From the human T2T-CHM13v2.0 reference genome, Homo sapiens, in assembly GCF_009914755.1 (NCBI RefSeq), contig NC_060945.1: a stretch of DNA of 64,000 bases; one strand, given 5' to 3'. The position numbers and the translations under genes are program-made. Each line of letters starts with the position of its first letter. Position 1 is the stretch's first letter. The notes below the pieces were generated by a model. It saw only the letters and a list, made by a program, of their open reading frames with translations, had not been told where the DNA came from and did no database searches. This document shows, piece after piece, positions 57,272 through 64,000 of the stretch.

Positions 57272-57807
57272 TGCAGCTAGGGGATTTAAATGCTGATGGA
57301 GGAGATGGAAGGAACAAGCTAGAGAGGATAGCTGGTAGCACCAGGCCCTCGAGAAAGCAACAGGCACAGGGCACAGAGGGCATCTGTGAAGGAGCTGGCC
57401 CTCTCAGCAGGAGGAGGGAGAGGTGGGTGCAAACTCAGGGACATCTGTTTGTAGATTTGGTGAGACAGTTTGTTCTCTTTTCTCAGTACAGTAGATGACA
57501 AGGTCATTTGCTGAATGTGAAGGAAGGAAGGAGTGGTTTCAGACGTGGTGAGATTGGAGAAGGTTTGAAGTATAAATTGTGCAAAGAAGAGCCTGTATTG
57601 ACCGAAGGAGCCCTTTGTGGTTCCAATTACCAGGCAGTCCTGAGGGCATAGCCAAGATGGGTGGCTGTGCAGTTCTGGGATGTCCCTCCAGCAGTGATCT
57701 GCTGGCCAATAGCAGGTGTAGAGAAAGTGGATGATGACATCCACCCAAGGCTTGAATTTTGCTAGATAGGTGAGACGTAAGGACAGAGAGGAAGGGAATG
57801 TCTAGTA

Positions 57808-58162
57808 CAGACAGTCTCTGACTTGTTCCACTTATGATTTTTTTGACTTTGCAATGGTGCAAAAGTGATATACATTCAGTAGAAACTGTACTTCCAGCCC
57901 CCATACAGCTATTCTGTTTTTCACTTTCAGTACAGTATTCAATAACATACAAGATACCCATCACTTTATTATAAAATAGGCTTTGTGTGAGATGATGTTG
58001 TTCAACTGTAGGCTAATGTGTTTTGAGTGCATTGAAGGTAGGCTCAGCTAACCTAGCATGTTTAGCTGGTTAGGTGTATTAAATGCATTTCTGACTTACG
58101 ATATCATCAACTTAGGATGAGCTTATCAGGATGTAACCCCACCATAAGTCTAAGAGCATCTG
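57808..58162 (-). mobile_element. MER47A Tigger MITE with TA TSDs
   Basis: ta|cagacag...gagcatctg|ta. Confidence 0.88.
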
Positions 58163-58789
58163 TATTTGGAGGAGAGTAATTACAAGATTGGACTATTGAA
58201 TGTTAGCAGGATAAAATGGAAGGTGAAGCGAGTAAAAGTAATAGATAAGGAATATCTGGGGGGTGGTCACTGGACTGAAGGCCTCAGTGGGGATGAGAGA
58301 GAGGTTAGGACAGGATGCTGTGGTCAGAGAGTGGGGAACTTGGGTTTGAGATTTAGGAGTGAAGGAGCTCTGAGTCTTGGCCAGATCCCAGCAGTGAGCA
58401 TGGGAATGGGTGCTGAGGTGGAAGAAGAGAGGTGGTCACTGATCATGGGGCGAACAAGGGGCCGAGGGGCCAGGACCTTGGCTGGGCCTTACACAGGGAT
58501 GCTGAGGCAGCAACATGAATGGGGGTGGAGAAAGTTGTGAACTGTTTGCTAAATATTGGTTGGATGAGGAAAGGTGCTAAGAGAAGTCCAGAAATGTCCT
58601 AGACAAGGGCAGTGAAAATCCAAGATTGACCTTAGATCTAGTTGAGCAGCTAATTTGCAGGACTGTAATTTCCAGACCACACAGAGAAAAAGTCTGGAAG
58701 TGACTCTATGGAGCCAGGAAGACAGGAGCCCAACTTCTGGTTCCAAAAGTTTCCATTTGAGAGGGCTGCAACAGACGCAGTATCTCTTG

Positions 58790-59140
58790 GTCAGCCTGGG
58801 GCAGCTGGGTCTCCTCAGCATCTCCTGGTGAGCTTTTAAAATGCAGATTCCAGGGCCTTACCCAGGCTAATTAAATCTGAAGGTTTAGGGCAAGTACCTG
58901 GGCACAGGGCTGCTCCATGGCCTTGGACCTGGACAGTGGAACTCAGATGGGCCCTGTGCTTGTTTTAATGCTCTGCTGCTGCCATCTTGAAAATCCTTAA
59001 TGTTTGTTGAATAAGAAAGCCTGCATATTTGTCTTGTGCTTGGCTTCAGAAATTAGGTAGCCAGCCCTTTCTGGGCAGAAGTATCTTTTTAAACATTTCC
59101 TCAGGGGATTCTGATGTGAAGCCAGGGCTGGGAATCACTA
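58790..59140. mobile_element. MER5-family MITE split by MER91A
   Basis: 'gagcttttaaaatgcagattccagggcc' and 'ggggattctgatgtgaagccagggctgggaatcact'. Confidence 0.7.
58905..59069 (+). mobile_element. MER91A hAT-Tip100 MITE with 8-bp TSD
   Basis: 'tttaatgctctgctgctgccatcttgaaa'; TSD (c/t)ctgggca at 58897-58904 and 59070-59077. Confidence 0.8.
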
Positions 59141-60526
59141 AGTTAAGCCAAGAGTCGGAGGGAACATTCGATGAGATGGCTGAGATGCAAAGGTAGAGAG
59201 TTTGCGATCATGGAGCAAGAATTTGGAGAGCAGCATCGGAGGCAGGAGGGAGAGGGGGATGGCAGATTGAGTCAGGAGGAAGATGGGAGAGGGTATGATG
59301 GGAGAGGATGGATGGGTATGGAATTCCCACTCTAGGTTTCCACTTGGTTCCTTGGAGAAGGATAAGTGCTTTGGCATAAGAGAAGTCTGCTTCAGCCTGA
59401 AAGGAAGACCCAGTGGTGGGTGGGGTGTGGAGCTGGAGATCCTTTGCCTTGAGGTCTTCTGGGGAGTGCATGTGTACAAAGGTGGGCTGGGGCGACGGAT
59501 AGGAGAGCAGGGCCTTTGCAGGGCTGGGCATGAGTGTGAGCAGCCTGGTCACATGGCTTTGGGCTGGTTGTGCTGCATATAGGAGTTGTGTGTTTGGGAG
59601 GGTCTCCAGGTCTCCTTGGAGCTGAGTGACTCATGATGTTTTGGCTGGAGGACAAGAACTGGGAGCTGCCGTTACATAGATGGGGCATAGAGCAATGTCA
59701 GTCTCAAGTGTGGATAACTTGGAATGTTCAGGGAACCTTATCAGGGATGTGGCATGTCCATGGGAATCCTATTTTTCCCTGGGAGTCCAAGAGGAAGTGA
59801 GCGGTGCAAAGGAAGCCAGGACAGGGCTCTGAGAAGAGAAGACTCCCCAGAGAAGTGAGCCGTAAACACAGGCACCACAGGGTCACGCGTTCATGAAATG
59901 TTGGTTGTTTTTCTAAACTATGAGAGATAAGAGGCAGTGAAATCTTCCCTCTGCTTAAGCCCTTTAGTGTAAATATTTCTTTCAAAATCAACCCAGATGG
60001 GACTGGGCCTGGAGAAGCAACCAGGTGCACAGTCATGTTGCTCCACCTCTGCGAGCTGCCTGATCCAGGTCCTGCTATGAAGGGACAAGGCCGGACAAGG
60101 TGCCTCTGAGAACCCCGAGGCTCCTCCAGGAAGGATGACTCCCTAAGAGCAGACGGGAAGCTGCCTGAGGGAAATTTCATCTCCTGAGCTTGTAGCTTGT
60201 AGTTTGGTCAGGAGAGCAGCAAGCACCATTGTCGCTCTCCCAAACTCAAACATAGCTGAGCAACAGGAGAGGATGGCGAAGGGTGTCTGCTCCAGCACAC
60301 CATGCCAAATCGAAGCTAGGAGCAGCTGGGGAATAAGGGTGCATTTTATCCAGCTTGGCCTCAAGGGAGTCTGGCCTCCTGCTTGCTGGCCTCCAGCCTT
60401 TTGTGGTCCAGCTTAATCTGTTTCAAGGGCATCTGTGGTTCCACTCCAACGTTAAGCCTGAGTTGGTACTGAGTGTCCCCAGCAGACAGCCACATGGTGG
60501 AAGGTTCATACTTGGGTTTCCTAAAC

Positions 60527-60569
60527 TGTATTAGTCAGGGTTCTCCAGAGGGACAGAACTAATAGGCGA

Positions 60570-60619
<50 letters not shown>

Positions 60620-60997
60620 GGAGTTTATTAAGTATTAACTTACACTGTCACAAGGTCCCACAATAGGCTGTCTGCAAGCTTGAGGAGCGAGGAGAGTCAG
60701 TCCAAGTCCCAAAACGGAAGAACTTGGAGTCTAATGTTCAAGAGCAGGAAGCATCCAGCCCTGGAGAAAGATGCAGGCTCGGAGGCTAGGCCAGTCTGGC
60801 CTTTTCACATTTTTCTGCCTGCTTTATATTCACTGGCAGCTGATTAGATGGTACCCACAAGATTAAGGGTGTGCCTGCCTTCCCCAGCCCACTGACTCAA
60901 ATGTTAATCTTTTTTGGCAACACCCTCACAGACACACCCAGGATCAAGACTTGCATCCTTCAATCCAATCAAGCTACACTTAGTATTAACCATCACA
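60527..60997 (-). mobile_element. MLT2A1 (HERV-L) solo LTR
   Basis: tgtattagtcagggttctccagagggacagaac...tattaaccatcaca. Confidence 0.9.
60571..60618. repeat. (ATCT)12 tetranucleotide STR
   Basis: Pure 48-nt array inside the LTR. Confidence 0.95.
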
Positions 60998-61251
60998 CAG
61001 ACTAACAGCAGAATCAGGAGCCTCACCGGGAGAGCGCAGAGCACATTGAGGCAGTAGACATGCGCTCCAGGCCACTTGGGATGTCCTGCTCTCCATAGAA
61101 ATATACTAACATTATACATTCTCAATATGCAAATGGCCAATATGCACATGAAAAGATGCTCAACAACACTAATCATTAGAAAAATGCAAAACAAAGCCAC
61201 AGTGAGATACCACCTCACACCCATTAGGATGGCCACTGTCAAAAAAAGAAC

Positions 61252-61376
61252 GAAGGAAGGAAAGAAGGGAGGAAGGGAGGGAGGGAGGAAGGAAGGAAGG
61301 GAGGGAGGGAGGAAGGAAAGAAGGGAGGGAGGAAGGAAGGGAGGAAGGGAAGGAGAGAGGGAGGGAGGGAGGAAAG
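61252..61376. repeat. Polypurine (GGAA/GGGA)n tract
   Basis: About 125 nt of A/G only. Confidence 0.9.
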
Positions 61377-61867
61377 AATAAGTGTAGACCAGCATGTAGA
61401 GGCAACCCTGGTGCACTGCTGGTGGGAATGTAAATGGTGCAGCCACTGTGGAAAATGGTAAGACAGGTCCTTAAAAAATTAAAAATGGAATTACCACAGC
61501 ATCCAGCAATTCTACTTCTGGGTATATACCCAAAAGAATTGAAAACAGAGTCTCAAAGAGATATCTGTATGCCCACGTTTATAGCCGTGAATGGCTATTC
61601 ACGTAGATGAATGGAATGAGCCAAATATAGCATATGCATACAATGGGATGTTATTCAGCCTTAAGAAGGAAGGAAATTCTCACATATGCTACCACATGGA
61701 TGAACTTTGAGAACATTATGCCAAGTGAAATAAGCCAGGCACAAAAAGACAAATAACTGTATGAATGCGCTTATATGAGGTACTGATTCTTCAATGGATA
61801 TAGAGTTTGGTTTCTACAAAGTTCTGGATGTGGATGGTGGTGATAGTTGCACAACATAATGAATGTA

Positions 61868-62219
61868 CAGTCATATGTCACTTAATGACAGTGATATGTT
61901 CTGAGAAACGTGCCATTAGGTGATTTTGTTGTGCGAACATCATAAAGCGTACTTACTCTAACCGAGTTAGCATAGCCTACTACACACCCAGGCTGTAACG
62001 GTAAAGCCTATTGCTCCTAAGCTACAACCCTCTATGGCATGTCACTGTATTGAATACTGGAGGCAACTGTAACACAATGATAAGTATTTGTGTATCTAAA
62101 CAAATAAGATTATAATACTGTAAAAATACTGTATATGATAAAAATACTGTATATGACAATACCACTGTCTTATATGTGGTCTGTTGTCGACCAAAACACC
62201 ACTATACAGTGCATGACTG
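61868..62219 (+). mobile_element. Tigger3a (MER7A-like) MITE with TA TSDs
   Basis: ta|cagtcat...gcatgactg|ta; the L1 reads through when it is removed. Confidence 0.88.
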
Positions 62220-62257
62220 TACTTAACACCACTGAACTGTACAATTAAAAATAACTA

Positions 62258-62596
<339 letters not shown>

Positions 62597-63929
62597 TTAT
62601 GTCTATTTTAACACAATAAAAAATGAAAACTTTTTTAGATTTTTTTTTTGGATCAACAGAACCTGACTGCTTTGAAGAAGTCTGACTCCCCTATTTTGAC
62701 TGCCAGGGATAAAATGGTCAGGAAAGCCTGTCTTATTAGTGGGTTGGTTGAGTGACTGGCAATGTGATACCCTTTGGCTCCCGTCCTCACTACTGAAGAT
62801 TGCTTAAACCACCATTGGAAAGGATGGGTGCTGAGCAAATCTACACGGAGTGCCATGAAGAAGGTTCCACCTCCTCTTGACCTCGGACCCCAGAGTCACA
62901 TCCCTAAATGGACAGTGTCAAAAGAACTTGGGGGTTGCACTTCCCATCCAGCCAATTCATCCTTTGCTCGAGAATGAGTGTGTGGGGTTTACTGTGCACA
63001 CCTCCTGAGTTTTCCAGGGTTTCATCATTTTGTCCCCAACTACTTGCAAGTTCTATGAATTTCTCCATCCTCCCTGAAGCCCCTTCCATCTGCCTTCCTT
63101 GCCTGAGGACCTGCCCCTAACCTCTTCATTTGGAACTCTTTAAACTCTTTGCTTGGTTGGCTCTTTCCCACTTAATTCTTCTTTTGCATCAGAGGAGGGT
63201 GGAGGGGCTTCAATTAGGAAGATGGAGAAGAAAAGGAAGATGATCAGAGTCTAGATTCTGGAAGAGAGTTGACTATCCCCATCCTCTGCTCCACCCCGAC
63301 CCTGGATGCTTAAAGTCTTGCACTTCCAGGTTCATCTCTTGCTGAGACTTGCCAGAGCCTGTGAGGCAGCACTTGCTAGAAGAATGTCCACTCCTCATCA
63401 ACCTTCAAACACATTAAAAAGTCACCTTCGCTTGTTCATTTCCAACATCTGAGTTCCCTTTCACTGCAACAGGTAGGGGACACCATTCTGGTGCATGCTT
63501 TTCCTGGTAGAAATCTTCGTGCCCTTGCAAAGCTGAGAAGTAGCTCCTTCCTCCAGGGTCCACACTGCTGTGTCGCGCACCTGTTCACGAGGCACATTCC
63601 TCTCCAGCTCTGGGCTGCTGCATGTCACCTGGCATATCAGGCAGCTCTCCCAGCACCTTCTGTAAATGTTAGCGTTGGTTCCTCTGCCTCAGAAGTTTTT
63701 TCTCAGACCTCATGATCACATCACTTCATCCCTGGAGGCATTTTCTTGTCCAGAATGTCTCTGATGCTCAACAGCATCTGTCTCTGTCTGAAGATCAGAT
63801 ATAAGGACTCCAGCACCCCCTGTCTTTGGGTGGCTAATGTCACTTATCTATCTGCAGCCCATGCCCTAAATCAGTGGTCTCCAAACCTATCTCGTTATGT
63901 GACACATTTAGTAAAATGTTGGGGGGCAG

Positions 63930-64000
63930 GGCCGGGCGTGGTGGCTCACGCCTGTAATCCCAGCACTTTGGCAGGCTGAGGCGGGTGGATCCGAGGTCAG
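63930..64000 (+). mobile_element. Alu 5' end, cut by the window edge
   Basis: ggccgggcgtggtggctcacgcctgtaatcccagcacttt. Confidence 0.93.

Larger units (their letters stand above)
56080..59700 (-). mobile_element. Long fragmented L2 reaching its ORF2 N-terminal region
   Basis: G/A-rich antisense L2 motifs ('gagggagtggtca', 'gagaggtccagtaagatgagg') continue across the inserts; 59140-59240 resembles the L2 endonuclease start. Confidence 0.6.

Overview
Primate (human-like) nuclear DNA, intergenic or intronic, with no recognisable protein-coding gene, RNA gene or processed pseudogene. The supplied ORFs are mostly Alu/L1/LTR/microsatellite read-through or short chance ORFs. Most recognisable sequence is interspersed repeat: about 23 Alu pieces, old L1M elements (4.0-9.05 kb on +; a nested pile at 37.5-48 kb on -), L2/MIR, MaLR and ERVL solo LTRs (MLT1, MSTA, THE1B/C/D, MLT2D, MLT2A1, LTR16), and hAT/Tigger MITEs (MER5, MER81, MER33, MER47A, MER91A, Tigger3a). 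Subfamily names come from my memory of consensus sequences and need RepeatMasker confirmation. The main non-repeat landmark is a small CpG island at about 33.95-35.0 kb with promoter-like motifs and no visible gene. There are also repeat-poor, homeodomain-motif-rich blocks near 10 kb and 17 kb, and a few non-coding exon candidates on +. The most unusual signals are local copy-paste scars: two short dispersed duplications (36 bp at 703 bp spacing; 52 bp at 2847 bp spacing, copied from the CpG-island edge), an L1 inversion bounded by an inverted duplication, and a patchwork of fold-back hairpins replacing a transposon end. A long palindromic MITE has unusually similar inner arms, and there is a 15-nt exact match to the EBV EBNA1 site. 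I cannot support a novel gene-encoded system from this sequence, and I could not identify the locus.
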